A DNA stretch of 64,000 bases from Lysobacteraceae bacterium (lineage in GTDB: Bacteria > Pseudomonadota > Gammaproteobacteria > Nevskiales > Nevskiaceae). Numbering within the stretch: position 1 is the stretch's first letter; each line of letters opens with the position of its first letter. Of this stretch, positions 9,929 to 19,385 are shown one piece after another. The stretch covers positions 234-64,233 of the forward strand of contig PNMW01000055.1 in assembly GCA_013823855.1 (NCBI GenBank). Reading direction: 5' to 3'. Under the pieces are notes generated by a model. It saw only the letters and a list, made by a program, of their open reading frames with translations, had not been told where the DNA came from and ran no database searches. Both the position numbers and the translations under genes were made by a program.

Positions 9929-11623
9929 ATGCAACTGATCGTCAGGGTCACCCGCCGGGATGGCAGCGTCCGTGAATCGCTGCACGCCGGCGCCACCAGT
10001 GTCGGCCGCGCGCCGATCAACGACGTGGTGCTGCCCGGGCTGCTGATCGCGGCCCAGCATCTGCGGATCACGGCGCTGGCGGCCGACCGGCTCGGTGTCG
10101 ACTGCCCGTCGTCGATCGGCGTGCGCTGCAATGACGGCCCGGTGGTGGTCGGCCAGCTCGAGGCCCGGGTCGGCGACCGGCTCAAGCTCGGCACCTGGCA
10201 GCTGCGGGTAGAGGCCGCGGAGCGCGGCGACGCCCTGGTGGTCGCGATCAGCGATACCGGCAGCGCCGACCGGGCATCGAGCAGCGCGCTGAGCCTCGGC
10301 GAGTCCGGCCTGCGGATGCGCCGGCCGGCGCTGATCGGCGCGGCGATCGTGCTGCTGCTGTGTCTGCTGCTGCCGCTGCTGTTCCGGGGCCTGCCGCCGC
10401 CGGACACGGTCAGCCGCCTGCTGCCGACCGAACACCTGTGGTCGTCGGGCCCGCTGAGCCACGGACACCGCCATCTCGAAGGTCGCTGCGAAAGCTGCCA
10501 CGACCAGCTGTTCGTCTCGGTGCAGGACAGCCGCTGCCTGAGCTGCCATGCCGGGATCCGCCATCACGCGTCCAGCAACGCGCTGCTGAAGCAGACCGGT
10601 CTCGATGACGCGAGCTGCGCGAGCTGTCATCTGGAACACGGCGGCCCGCACGCGGTGCTGCCAGCGCACGCGGCGACCTGCACCGACTGCCATGCCAGCG
10701 AGGAACGCAGCCGGCAGTGGAAGCTGGACGGCGCGGCCAGCGACTTCGCGGAGCGGCACCCGGCATTCCTGCCGACCGTCAACCGCCTCGATCCCGAGTC
10801 CGGCGCCTGGACCGAGCGGCGCCTCGAGGCCACCGAAGCGGCGCGCGACGATTCGGCGCTGAAGTTCCCGCATGACCTGCACCTCGATCCCGCCGGCATC
10901 CGCGGGGCGAACGGGCGCGAAGTGCTGCAGTGCCGCTCCTGCCACCAGGCCGAGCGCGGCGAGCCGGGCTTCCCCGCGATTCGCTACGAGGCGCATTGCC
11001 AGTCCTGCCATGAGCTCGAACTGGAAACGGCGGCCGGCAAGCTGAAGCTGCCGCACGGCGATCTGGCCAGCGTTCGTGCGCTGCTGCAGCCGGCCTTCGA
11101 CAAGGGTCTGCTGACCGTGCCCGAAACGCCCGAGGCCTCGTCGCGGCGACGGCCCGGCGAGCAGGCCGAACGCGATCTGGAAGCGCGGCCGGTGACCGGC
11201 ACCGTCGACGACATCGTCGAGCGCGGCCTCTGCGGCCTGTGCCACCAGTTCAGCGGCGGCAAGGACGCGCTGGCCGAGCTGATCACGCCGCGGCTGCGCA
11301 GGAACTGGCTGGTCCACTCCCAGTTCAGCCATGCGCCGCATCAGTGGGTGGCCTGCAAGGACTGCCATGCCGCGGCGCAGTCCAGCCTGTCGCAGGACCT
11401 GCTGCTGCCGCCGATCGCCACCTGCCGGACCTGCCACGGCGGCGCGGGCGACAGCCACGGCATTCCGTCGACGTGCATCGACTGCCACCGCTTCCATCAG
11501 GACCAGGGGCCGGCGATGGGGCCGGCGGCCGTGCCGGCACCGGTGGCAACGCCGGTCACGGCGCCCGAAGCAGGCGATCCGGCGCTGCCCGCCGAGCCGG
11601 CAGCGCCCGAACCTAAAGTCTGA
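9929..11623 (+). CDS. FHA-like domain + TM anchor + decaheme cytochrome c3-type protein
   Basis: ATG at 9929; VGRAPINDVVL...QHLRI FHA-like segment; hydrophobic helix; 10 CxxCH motifs. Confidence 0.85.
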   Translation: MQLIVRVTRRDGSVRESLHAGATSVGRAPINDVVLPGLLIAAQHLRITALAADRLGVDCPSSIGVRCNDGPVVVGQLEARVGDRLKLGTWQLRVEAAERGDALVVAISDTGSADRASSSALSLGESGLRMRRPALIGAAIVLLLCLLLPLLFRGLPPPDTVSRLLPTEHLWSSGPLSHGHRHLEGRCESCHDQLFVSVQDSRCLSCHAGIRHHASSNALLKQTGLDDASCASCHLEHGGPHAVLPAHAATCTDCHASEERSRQWKLDGAASDFAERHPAFLPTVNRLDPESGAWTERRLEATEAARDDSALKFPHDLHLDPAGIRGANGREVLQCRSCHQAERGEPGFPAIRYEAHCQSCHELELETAAGKLKLPHGDLASVRALLQPAFDKGLLTVPETPEASSRRRPGEQAERDLEARPVTGTVDDIVERGLCGLCHQFSGGKDALAELITPRLRRNWLVHSQFSHAPHQWVACKDCHAAAQSSLSQDLLLPPIATCRTCHGGAGDSHGIPSTCIDCHRFHQDQGPAMGPAAVPAPVATPVTAPEAGDPALPAEPAAPEPKV

Positions 11624-12350
11624 GCTTGCGGAAGATCGCTTCCGGAATGTTCCGGATGATCTGCATGATCGGCCACCAGAACCACGGCGTGTAGAGCACC
11701 GGCGTGCCGCGCTGGACGGCGCGGGCGATCGCCTTGCCGACCTGGGCCGGTGTCGCCCACAGCGGTCCCTTGCGAAAGGCGGCGGTCATCGGCGTGTCGA
11801 CGAAGCCGGGCTTGATGGTCAGCACCGTGACGCCTTTCGGATGCAGGCGCTGGCGCAGGCCGCTGGTGAAGGCGGTGACCGCAGCCTTGGCGGCGCCGTA
11901 GACGTAGTTCGACTGCCGTCCGCGATCGCCGGCCACCGAGGAAATCACCGCGATGCAGCCGTGGCCCTGGCTTTCGAAGCGGTTGCCGAGTTCGGTGCAC
12001 AGCGCCATGTGGCTCAGCGCATTGATCCGGAACTCGTCGGCCAGCAGCTCGATGCTGGCCTGGGCGGCGGCCTGATCGGTCAGCGTGCCGTGCGCGAGCA
12101 GCGCGGTGTCGAGCCCGCCGAGCCGCGCGGTGGCAGTGTCGACCAGCTGCGGGTAGGCCGCCAGTTCGCGGGCATCCAGCACCCGGATCTCGACCTGTGC
12201 CGCGCCGCGCAGGCGCAGGTCGTCGGCAATCGCGGCGAGCCGGTCGGCGTCGCGGCCGACCAGGAACAGCGCCGCGCCGAGCGCTGCGAACTCGCGCGCC
12301 GTCGCTTCGGCGATCGCCGAGGTCGCGCCCATGATCAGGATTCGTCTCAT
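11613..12350 (-). CDS. DprE2-like short-chain dehydrogenase/reductase
   Basis: GATSAIA, SSVAGDRGRQSNYVYGAAK (YxxxK), KPGFVDTPMT; follows a DprE1-like gene. Confidence 0.85.
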   Translation of the reverse strand: MRRILIMGATSAIAEATAREFAALGAALFLVGRDADRLAAIADDLRLRGAAQVEIRVLDARELAAYPQLVDTATARLGGLDTALLAHGTLTDQAAAQASIELLADEFRINALSHMALCTELGNRFESQGHGCIAVISSVAGDRGRQSNYVYGAAKAAVTAFTSGLRQRLHPKGVTVLTIKPGFVDTPMTAAFRKGPLWATPAQVGKAIARAVQRGTPVLYTPWFWWPIMQIIRNIPEAIFRKLRL

Positions 12351-13663
12351 CGTCTTGCGCTGCCAGTGACACGGCGCCAGAACGACGACGTGAATTTCGG
12401 ATCGACGTGGCCGGCGAACGCCTGCCACCCGGGAAAGTACTGCTGGAAGGCGGCGGCCGACATCCGCGCGTCCTTGGCCGGATAGACCGCGCCACCGGCG
12501 GCCAGGGTCAGTGCATCGAGCGCCTCCAGCAGGGCCAGCGTGCGTTCGCCACGGTTCGGAAAATCCAGCGCAAGGGTCACGCCCGGCCGCGGGAACGACA
12601 GCAGGCCGCGCGACGGCTGCTCGCCGAAGGTCTTCAGCACCACCAGGAACGAGCCGAGGCCGGAAGCGCCGATCCGCCGCAGCATGTCGGTCAGCACCTC
12701 GACGGCGCCGGCCTGCGGCAGCACGCACTGGTACTGGTAGAAGCCGCGCGGGCCGTACATCCGGTTCCAGTCGACGATCGCATCGAGCGGGTAGAAGAAC
12801 GGCCGGTAGTGCCACAGCGCGTCCCGGGCGACCGCCGACGGGCGATGGAAGTACAGCGTGTTGAAGGCACGCAGGCTCAGGCTGTTGACGGCCGAAACCG
12901 GCGGCGTGAACGGCAGCCGCAGGCGGCCGCTGCCGGGCGCCTGTGCCGCCGCCGCGACCTGTGCCGGCGCATGGTTGCCACGGATGAAGATGCCGCGGCC
13001 AAGCTGGCCGCCGGTCGCCGAGCAGTCGAGCCAGGCCACCGTGTACTCCCAGTCGCGCTCCGATTCGGCGGCGATCGCGAAAAATTCGCCTAGGCTGCCG
13101 AAGCGCTGGCTGTCGCCACGGAGCCAGGGCCCGGCGACCCGCTTCAGCTGCAGCCGGGCGCGGCGGATCAGGCCGGTCAGGCCGAGGCCGCCGATGGTCG
13201 CCGCGAAGCGGTCCGCGTGCGCGGTCGGCGAGCAGTGCAGCACCGCGCCGTCGGAGCGCAGCAGTTCGAGATCGAGCACGTGGTTGCCGAAGCTGCCGGC
13301 ACGATGGTGGTTCTTGCCGTGGACGTCGTTGGCGATGGCACCGCCGACGGTCACCCAGCGGGTGCCCGGCGTGACGGCCGGGAACCAGCCATTGGGCAGC
13401 GTCAGGTCGATGAGCTCGCCGAGCAGCACGCCGGCTTCGAGGTCGATGACGCCGGTGGCCGGATCGAAGGCGATGTAGCGGTCCAGCGTCCGGGTGCCGA
13501 GCAGCACGCCGCCGTCGTTGCGGCAGGAATCCCCGTAGCTGCGGCCGTTGCCCCAGGGCAGCATCGACGGCTGGTCGGGCAGCGGCTGATGGCGGCTGGT
13601 CACCGGCAGCAGGCGCTGTTCGACGCCCGGCAGGCGGCCCCAGGAGACGCCGCCGCGGCGCAT
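12347..13663 (-). CDS. DprE1-like FAD-linked oxidase (decaprenylphosphoryl-ribose oxidase family)
   Basis: GNGRSYGD, TPGTRWVTVGGAIANDVHGKNHH, YPAKDARM, FTSSFWRR motifs. Confidence 0.9.
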   Translation of the reverse strand: MRRGGVSWGRLPGVEQRLLPVTSRHQPLPDQPSMLPWGNGRSYGDSCRNDGGVLLGTRTLDRYIAFDPATGVIDLEAGVLLGELIDLTLPNGWFPAVTPGTRWVTVGGAIANDVHGKNHHRAGSFGNHVLDLELLRSDGAVLHCSPTAHADRFAATIGGLGLTGLIRRARLQLKRVAGPWLRGDSQRFGSLGEFFAIAAESERDWEYTVAWLDCSATGGQLGRGIFIRGNHAPAQVAAAAQAPGSGRLRLPFTPPVSAVNSLSLRAFNTLYFHRPSAVARDALWHYRPFFYPLDAIVDWNRMYGPRGFYQYQCVLPQAGAVEVLTDMLRRIGASGLGSFLVVLKTFGEQPSRGLLSFPRPGVTLALDFPNRGERTLALLEALDALTLAAGGAVYPAKDARMSAAAFQQYFPGWQAFAGHVDPKFTSSFWRRVTGSARR

Positions 13664-15102
13664 CAGATCGCGACCAGCACGATCGCCGCCATCAGGCCGA
13701 TGATCGTCAGGCTCGCGCGGTCGCGCAGCGCGAACAGGATCGGGTCGTCGTGCATGCGGCCACGGGTGGTCAGCAGCCAGACCCGGCAGACCCAGTACAG
13801 CAGCAGCGGACAGATCAGCCACAGCGGTCGGGAATCGCCGTACAGCGCTTCCGACTGCGGGCTGTTGATGTACAGCGCCAGCACCACGATCGCGGCGAAG
13901 CCCGAGGCGGTGCCGAGGCTGAGCAGCAGCGGCAGGTCGTCGGCGCCGTAGCCGCGACCGGCGGGCTTGGTCAGGCCGGCGCGGGCAGCGTCGTGCAGTT
14001 CGGCATAGCGCTTGACCACCGCCAGGCTCAGGAACATGAACATCGAGAACGCCAGCAGCCAGAAGGTGACCTCGACCCCGGTGGCCGCGCCGCCGGCGAC
14101 GATGCGGATCGTGTACAGGCCGGCCAGCATCATCACGTCGACGATCGGCGAGCGCTTCAGGCGCAGCGAGTAGGCGCAGGTGCAGGCGTAGTAGGCGGCG
14201 AGCACGGCCGCGAACAGGCCGCCGATTTCGACTGCGGTCAGCGCCGCCGCCAGCGCCAGCAGCGCGGCGACCTGCAGGCCCTGGCTGGCCGGCAGCGCGC
14301 CGACCGCGAACGGCCGCTTGCGCTTGCGCGGATGGCGGCGGTCGGCATCGAGATCGAGCAGATCGTTGATCAGGTAGACGCTCGACGCGCACAGGCCGAA
14401 GGCGACGAAGGCCAGCAGGGCGGTGCCGAGCACGTCCGGCTCGGCGATCCGGTGCGACAGCAGCGCCGGCACGAAGATCAGCAGGTTCTTGATCCACTGA
14501 TAGAGCCGCGCCGCCTTGAGCCACAGCCGCGGCGACGGCGCTGGCGTGGCGAACACCGGGCCGGGCTCGGCCAAGCGGGCGGCCCGTGCGGCCAGCCCGG
14601 CGCTGCCGACCACGATCGCCTGCCGCGCCGACGGCCAGACCTTGAGATCGACCGCGTCATTGCCGACGTAGTCGAAGCCCTTTTCGCCGTAGCGGGCGAC
14701 CAGCACCGCGCGCTTGGCGGCACCGGACAGGTTGTCGGCGCCGTCGCTGGCGATGATCTCGTCGAACAGGCCGAGATGTTCGGCCACCGCGTCGGCGATC
14801 CGCCGGTCGGCGGCGGTCGCCAGCACCAGCCGCCGGCCGCGCTCGCGCTCGCTGCGCAGCCAGTCGAGCAGGTCGCGGCGGTACGGCAGATGGCTGACGT
14901 CGATCCGGGCGCGCTGCGCCAGTTCCTGCTTCAGCGCTGCCCGGCCACGGGCGATCCAGCGCGGCAGCGACAGCAGCGCGCCCGGCGCTTCGCGTGCCAG
15001 CGCCAGCGCGGTTTCGTGCAGCGTGTCGATCGGCGTCAGGGTGCCGTCGAGATCGACGCACAGCGGAATCGGGTCGGCCGCGGGCCGGGGCAGGGCGCTC
15101 AT
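13663..15102 (-). CDS. HAD-like + UbiA-family prenyltransferase (polyprenyl-phosphate phosphoribosyltransferase-like)
   Basis: CVDLDGTL HAD motif; QWIKNLL, NDLLDLDADRRHPRKRKRPF, MHDDPILFALRD. Confidence 0.9.
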   Translation of the reverse strand: MSALPRPAADPIPLCVDLDGTLTPIDTLHETALALAREAPGALLSLPRWIARGRAALKQELAQRARIDVSHLPYRRDLLDWLRSERERGRRLVLATAADRRIADAVAEHLGLFDEIIASDGADNLSGAAKRAVLVARYGEKGFDYVGNDAVDLKVWPSARQAIVVGSAGLAARAARLAEPGPVFATPAPSPRLWLKAARLYQWIKNLLIFVPALLSHRIAEPDVLGTALLAFVAFGLCASSVYLINDLLDLDADRRHPRKRKRPFAVGALPASQGLQVAALLALAAALTAVEIGGLFAAVLAAYYACTCAYSLRLKRSPIVDVMMLAGLYTIRIVAGGAATGVEVTFWLLAFSMFMFLSLAVVKRYAELHDAARAGLTKPAGRGYGADDLPLLLSLGTASGFAAIVVLALYINSPQSEALYGDSRPLWLICPLLLYWVCRVWLLTTRGRMHDDPILFALRDRASLTIIGLMAAIVLVAI

Positions 15103-16088
15103 GGCGTGCTCGTGCGCGGCGCGAGCCGCGGTCTTGCTTCCAGCACCGCGGCGGCCAGCAGGCCGAGCAGCACCGCGAACCAGAGGGTGGCCAGCCGGCA
15201 CAGCAGCATCGCCAGCACGGCGGTGGCCAGCGGCACGCCCTGGGCGACCAGCAGCGCCGGCATCACCACTTCCAGGCCGCCGATGCCGCCCGGCATGAAG
15301 AAGGCAGCGCCGCCGGCCAGCACGGCGATGCCGTAGATGCCGATCGCCGTGTCGGGCGCGATCGCCAGGCCGAGGCCGGCGCAGATCCAGTACAGGCCGA
15401 TCCCTTCGACGCCCCAGGCGATCACGCCCAGTGCCAGGCCGCCGGCCAGCAGGCCGGGCGACAGCAGGCGCCGCGAGGCGCGCAGCAGATCGGCCAGCCC
15501 GCCGGCGGCCCGGGCGATGCGGCCGTCGCGGTCGGCGGCGCCCCGTTCGAGCAGGCCGCCGACCGCCGGACGGCCGATCACCGCGATCAGACCCAAGCTC
15601 AGCAGCAGCGCGCCGGCCAGCACCGGCCAGTACGCCGGGTCGCGCAGCAGGAACAGGCTGGCGAGCAGCGCCACCGCCATCAGGTCGAGCAGGCGTTCGA
15701 CGAACAGCGCGGCCATCGAATCGGCATAGGGCACGCCGTGCTCGCGCAGGTACAGCGCCCGCACCGCTTCGCCGGCCTTGGCCGGACTGACGGTGAATGC
15801 GAAGCCGCACAGGTAATACAGCAGGTGCCGGCCGGCCGGCGGCCGATGTCCGAGCCGGGCGACGTACAGCGACCAGCGCTGGAAGCGCAGCCCGTAGTTC
15901 AGCAGCGACGCGCCGAGCACCAGCAGGCTGCCCGACCAGCCGAGTGCCAGCAGCGCGGCCTTCAGGTGACCGGCATCGGTGACCAGTGCCGCCGCCAGAT
16001 AGACCAGCACGCCCAGGCCGGCGACGGCGATCAGCACCCGCCGGCGGCCACCGGACAGCAGCGAGGCCGGATCGCGGGCCACGTTCAT
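15099..16088 (-). CDS. Lysylphosphatidylglycerol-synthase TM / flippase-like membrane protein (UPF0104)
   Basis: Multi-TM; SPAKAGEAVR, FVERLLD, PGGIGGLE, RLATLW motifs. Confidence 0.8.
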   Translation of the reverse strand: MNVARDPASLLSGGRRRVLIAVAGLGVLVYLAAALVTDAGHLKAALLALGWSGSLLVLGASLLNYGLRFQRWSLYVARLGHRPPAGRHLLYYLCGFAFTVSPAKAGEAVRALYLREHGVPYADSMAALFVERLLDLMAVALLASLFLLRDPAYWPVLAGALLLSLGLIAVIGRPAVGGLLERGAADRDGRIARAAGGLADLLRASRRLLSPGLLAGGLALGVIAWGVEGIGLYWICAGLGLAIAPDTAIGIYGIAVLAGGAAFFMPGGIGGLEVVMPALLVAQGVPLATAVLAMLLCRLATLWFAVLLGLLAAAVLEARPRLAPRTSTP

Positions 16089-17911
16089 GGCGTGCCGTGG
16101 CTCGCCGAGGTGCCGCTGCCGAACGCGCGCAGGCGGGTCTGGATCGCCCGCAGCACGCCGGCGGCATCGAGCCCGCAGTCGGCGAGCAGCTGCTCGCGGC
16201 TACCGTGGGCGACGAAGCGGTCGGGCAGGCCGAGGTTGAGCACCGCGCCGCCAGCCCGCTGCGCAGCCAGCCACTCGTTGATGGCGCTGCCGGCACCGCC
16301 GGCGACGACGTTGTCTTCCAGGGTCACCAGCAGCGCGTGGTCGCGCGCCAGCTCGGCAAGCAGGGCGGTGTCCAGCGGCTTGACGAAGCGCAGGTCGGCG
16401 ACCGTGGCATCGAGCAGCGGCGCGACTTCCAGCGCCGTCGCGACCATCGCGCCGACGCCGATCAGCGCCACGCCGACCGGCCGCCGGCCGCCGCTGCGGC
16501 GCAGGATGCGGCCACGGCCGATGGCCAGCGGCTCGACGGGCCCGAGCGCGGCGCCCGGCCCCGGGCCGCGCGGATAGCGGACCGCGCTCGGGCCTTCATG
16601 GGCGAGGCCAGTGGCCAGCATCCGCCGGCAGTCCTGCTCGTCGCTCGGGGCCATCAGCACCAGGTTCGGAATCGCCCGCAGCAGGCTCAGATCGAAGGCG
16701 CCGTGATGGGTGGCACCGTCGGCGCCGACCAGGCCGCCGCGGTCGACCGCGAACAGCACCGGCAGGTTCTGGATCGCGACGTCGTGGATCAGCTGGTCGA
16801 GCGCGCGCTGCAGGAAGGTCGAATAGATCGCCAGCACCGGCTTCAGCCCGGCGCAGGCCATGCCGGCCGCCAGGGTCACCGCGTGCTGCTCGGCGATGCC
16901 GGCGTCGAAGTAGCGGTCCGGAAAGCGGCGGGCGAAGTTCACCAGGCCCGAGCCTTCGCGCATCGCCGGGGTGATCGCGACCACCCGCGGATCGGCCGTG
17001 GCGGCGGCGCACAGCCAGTCGCCGAACACGTCGGAGTAGCTGGCCCTGGCGGCGAGCGCGGGCAGCGCGCCGGTCACCGGATCGAAGCGGGTGACGCCGT
17101 GGAAGGCGATCGGGTCGGCCTCGGCCGGGGCGTAGCCCTTGCCCTTGACCGTCAGCACGTGCAGGAACTGCGGGCCGCTTGCCGCTTTCAGGCGCGCCAG
17201 CGCCGGCAGCAGCGCATCCAGGTCATGGCCGTCGACCGGCCCCGAATAGGCGAAGCCGAGGGCGGCGACCAGCGCCGCCAGCGAGCCGTCGCCGGCCGCC
17301 GGCTGCGCCCGGCCGAGCTGGCGCGCCACGGTGTCGCGCAGCGCGCCGACGTTCTCCGAGATCGACAGGTCGTTGTCGTTGAACACCACCAGCAGGTCAA
17401 GCCCGAGCTGGCCGGCGTGGTTCATCGCCTCGAAGGCCATGCCGGCGGTGAAGCCGCCGTCGCCGATCACCGCGATGCTGCGCCGGCCCGCCGGCTGCAG
17501 GCGTTCGGCCGCCGCGAAGCCGGCGGCGGCGGAGATCGCGGTGCCGGCGTGGCCGCCGCCGAAGGCGTCGTGGACGCTTTCGCCGCGATCGAGAAACGGT
17601 GCCAGCCCGTTGTGCCGGCGAATGGTTTCCAGCCGGGCGCGACGGCCGGTGACGATCTTGTGGGCGTAGGCCTGATGGCCGATGTCCCAGACCAGCGCGT
17701 CGCGCGGCGTGTCGAACACCCGATGCAGCGCCAGGGTCAGCTCGACGACGCCGAGGCTGGCGGCGAAATGGCCGCCTACGCGCGCCACCGTCTCGATCAG
17801 GCAGCGGCGGATTTCGTGGGCAAGCTGCGCCAGCTGGTCGGCGGGCAGCGCGCGGATCGCGGCTGGATCGTCGATGGTGCCGAGCAGCGCATAGCCCGGG
17901 AACTCGTTCAT
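16085..17911 (-). CDS. dxs: 1-deoxy-D-xylulose-5-phosphate synthase
   Basis: GGHFAASLGVVELT, WDIGHQAYAHK, GDG...N ThDP motif, IAEQHAVT, DRGGLVGADGATHHG. Confidence 0.95.
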   Translation of the reverse strand: MNEFPGYALLGTIDDPAAIRALPADQLAQLAHEIRRCLIETVARVGGHFAASLGVVELTLALHRVFDTPRDALVWDIGHQAYAHKIVTGRRARLETIRRHNGLAPFLDRGESVHDAFGGGHAGTAISAAAGFAAAERLQPAGRRSIAVIGDGGFTAGMAFEAMNHAGQLGLDLLVVFNDNDLSISENVGALRDTVARQLGRAQPAAGDGSLAALVAALGFAYSGPVDGHDLDALLPALARLKAASGPQFLHVLTVKGKGYAPAEADPIAFHGVTRFDPVTGALPALAARASYSDVFGDWLCAAATADPRVVAITPAMREGSGLVNFARRFPDRYFDAGIAEQHAVTLAAGMACAGLKPVLAIYSTFLQRALDQLIHDVAIQNLPVLFAVDRGGLVGADGATHHGAFDLSLLRAIPNLVLMAPSDEQDCRRMLATGLAHEGPSAVRYPRGPGPGAALGPVEPLAIGRGRILRRSGGRRPVGVALIGVGAMVATALEVAPLLDATVADLRFVKPLDTALLAELARDHALLVTLEDNVVAGGAGSAINEWLAAQRAGGAVLNLGLPDRFVAHGSREQLLADCGLDAAGVLRAIQTRLRAFGSGTSASHGTP

Positions 17912-17923
17912 CGGCGGTCGGAT

Positions 17924-18184
17924 TCAGCGATCGGCGGGCGCGTCGCCGGCATCGAGCAGCTTGCGGACCCGCAGTTCGGCGCTTTCCAGCGAGGTCCGGC
18001 AGACCTGGGTCAGGCCCATGCCGCGCTCGAACAGCTGCAGGCTTTCCTCGAGCGGCAGATCGCCGCGCTCCATTCTTGCGACGATCGCCTCGAGTTCGGA
18101 CAACGAGCCCTCGAAGCGGGCCACCGGATCATCGGCGGCGGCTTCGTTTTCGGGGGCGGCGGCAGTGGCGGCTTTCCTGGTCAT
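17924..18184 (-). CDS. xseB: Exodeoxyribonuclease VII small subunit
   Basis: [32 protein letters not shown]; located upstream of dxs. Confidence 0.93.
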   Translation of the reverse strand: MTRKAATAAAPENEAAADDPVARFEGSLSELEAIVARMERGDLPLEESLQLFERGMGLTQVCRTSLESAELRVRKLLDAGDAPADR

Positions 18185-18304
18185 CGGAGGTGTCCTTGGC
18201 TGGCGTCTATTGTAGGCGCTGCGCCTGCGGCGTCCGTTGCATCCGAAGCATCGCGCGCCTGCATCTGAACCCCCGAACGCATCATCACGACCCAGGAGTT
18301 CCCC

Positions 18305-18736
18305 ATGTTTCTCATTTCCGCCGCCGAGTTCGGCATCGACCTCGGCAAGCATGCCGGCAGCGGCGACGCCGGTTTCACGCTGGTCGAGGCGCTGGTGCCG
18401 CTGGTGGCGGTGATCATGGTGTTCGGCATGCCGATCGTGATCGTGCTGGCGGTGCTGCGCTACCGCGCCAACCGCCAGAAGTCGATCAACGAGATGGTGC
18501 TGAAACTCGCCGACAAGGGCCAGCCGATTCCGCCCGAGCTGTTCCTGGAGCCGGGCAAGAAGCGCAAGTCCGACGTCAGTTCCGGCCTCAGCCTGATCGG
18601 CGCCGGCGTCGGCCTGATGGGCTTCTTCTGGTTCGCCGATGCCGAAGAGGCAATCGGCATCGGCTTCATCCCGCTGATGATCGGCCTGGGCCAGCTGATT
18701 GCCTGGAAGATCGAGCAGAACAAGAAGGACGCCTGA
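18305..18736 (+). CDS. Small membrane protein (DUF6249-like) upstream of ECF sigma factor
   Basis: Three TM segments; [13 protein letters not shown] and [11 protein letters not shown] motifs; AGGAG RBS. Confidence 0.7.
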   Translation: MFLISAAEFGIDLGKHAGSGDAGFTLVEALVPLVAVIMVFGMPIVIVLAVLRYRANRQKSINEMVLKLADKGQPIPPELFLEPGKKRKSDVSSGLSLIGAGVGLMGFFWFADAEEAIGIGFIPLMIGLGQLIAWKIEQNKKDA

Positions 18737-18767
18737 CGCCGCGCCGGCACGACAGCGAACTTGCGAC

Positions 18768-19385
18768 GTGGCCAGCGAACCGGTCAGGGTGCAGGCGGTG
18801 GACGCGATGCCGGCGGACGGTCCGCCGGATACCGCGCTGGTTGCCCGGGTGCTGGCCGGCGACGACCGCCATGCCTTCGCGGCACTCGTGCGCCGCCATC
18901 AGGGCTCGGTGCGCGCGCTGCTGCGCCGGCTGTGCAAGGGCGATGACGCCTTCGCCGACGACCTGGCGCAGGAAACCTTCCTGCAGGCGCATCGCAAGCT
19001 CGACCAGTTCCGCGGCGACGCCAAGTTCAGCACCTGGATCTACCGCATCGCCTACAACAGCTTTTTGATGGCGATCCGCTCGCGGCACCAGGAAGAATCG
19101 CTCGACGAGAATCGTGCCGACGACGAATCCGAGCGCCACGAAGGGCCGCTGGACCTGCATCCCGAGGAAACCGTCGCCGACCTGCAGATGGACCTGCAGC
19201 GGGCGATGGCGATCCTGTCGCCGGCCGAAAGAGCCGTGATTGCCCAGTGCTACTATCTGGACCGCAGTCACGAGGAAGCGGCCTATGCGCTCGACTGCCC
19301 GCTCGGCACGGTGAAATCGCACATTTCCCGAGCCAAGCAGAAGCTGAAGGCGCATTTGCAGGTCTGGGAGCCGAGAACGTCATGA
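18768..19385 (+). CDS. ECF RNA polymerase sigma factor
   Basis: [33 protein letters not shown]; start uncertain (GTG 18768 or ATG 18807). Confidence 0.9.
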   Translation: MASEPVRVQAVDAMPADGPPDTALVARVLAGDDRHAFAALVRRHQGSVRALLRRLCKGDDAFADDLAQETFLQAHRKLDQFRGDAKFSTWIYRIAYNSFLMAIRSRHQEESLDENRADDESERHEGPLDLHPEETVADLQMDLQRAMAILSPAERAVIAQCYYLDRSHEEAAYALDCPLGTVKSHISRAKQKLKAHLQVWEPRTS

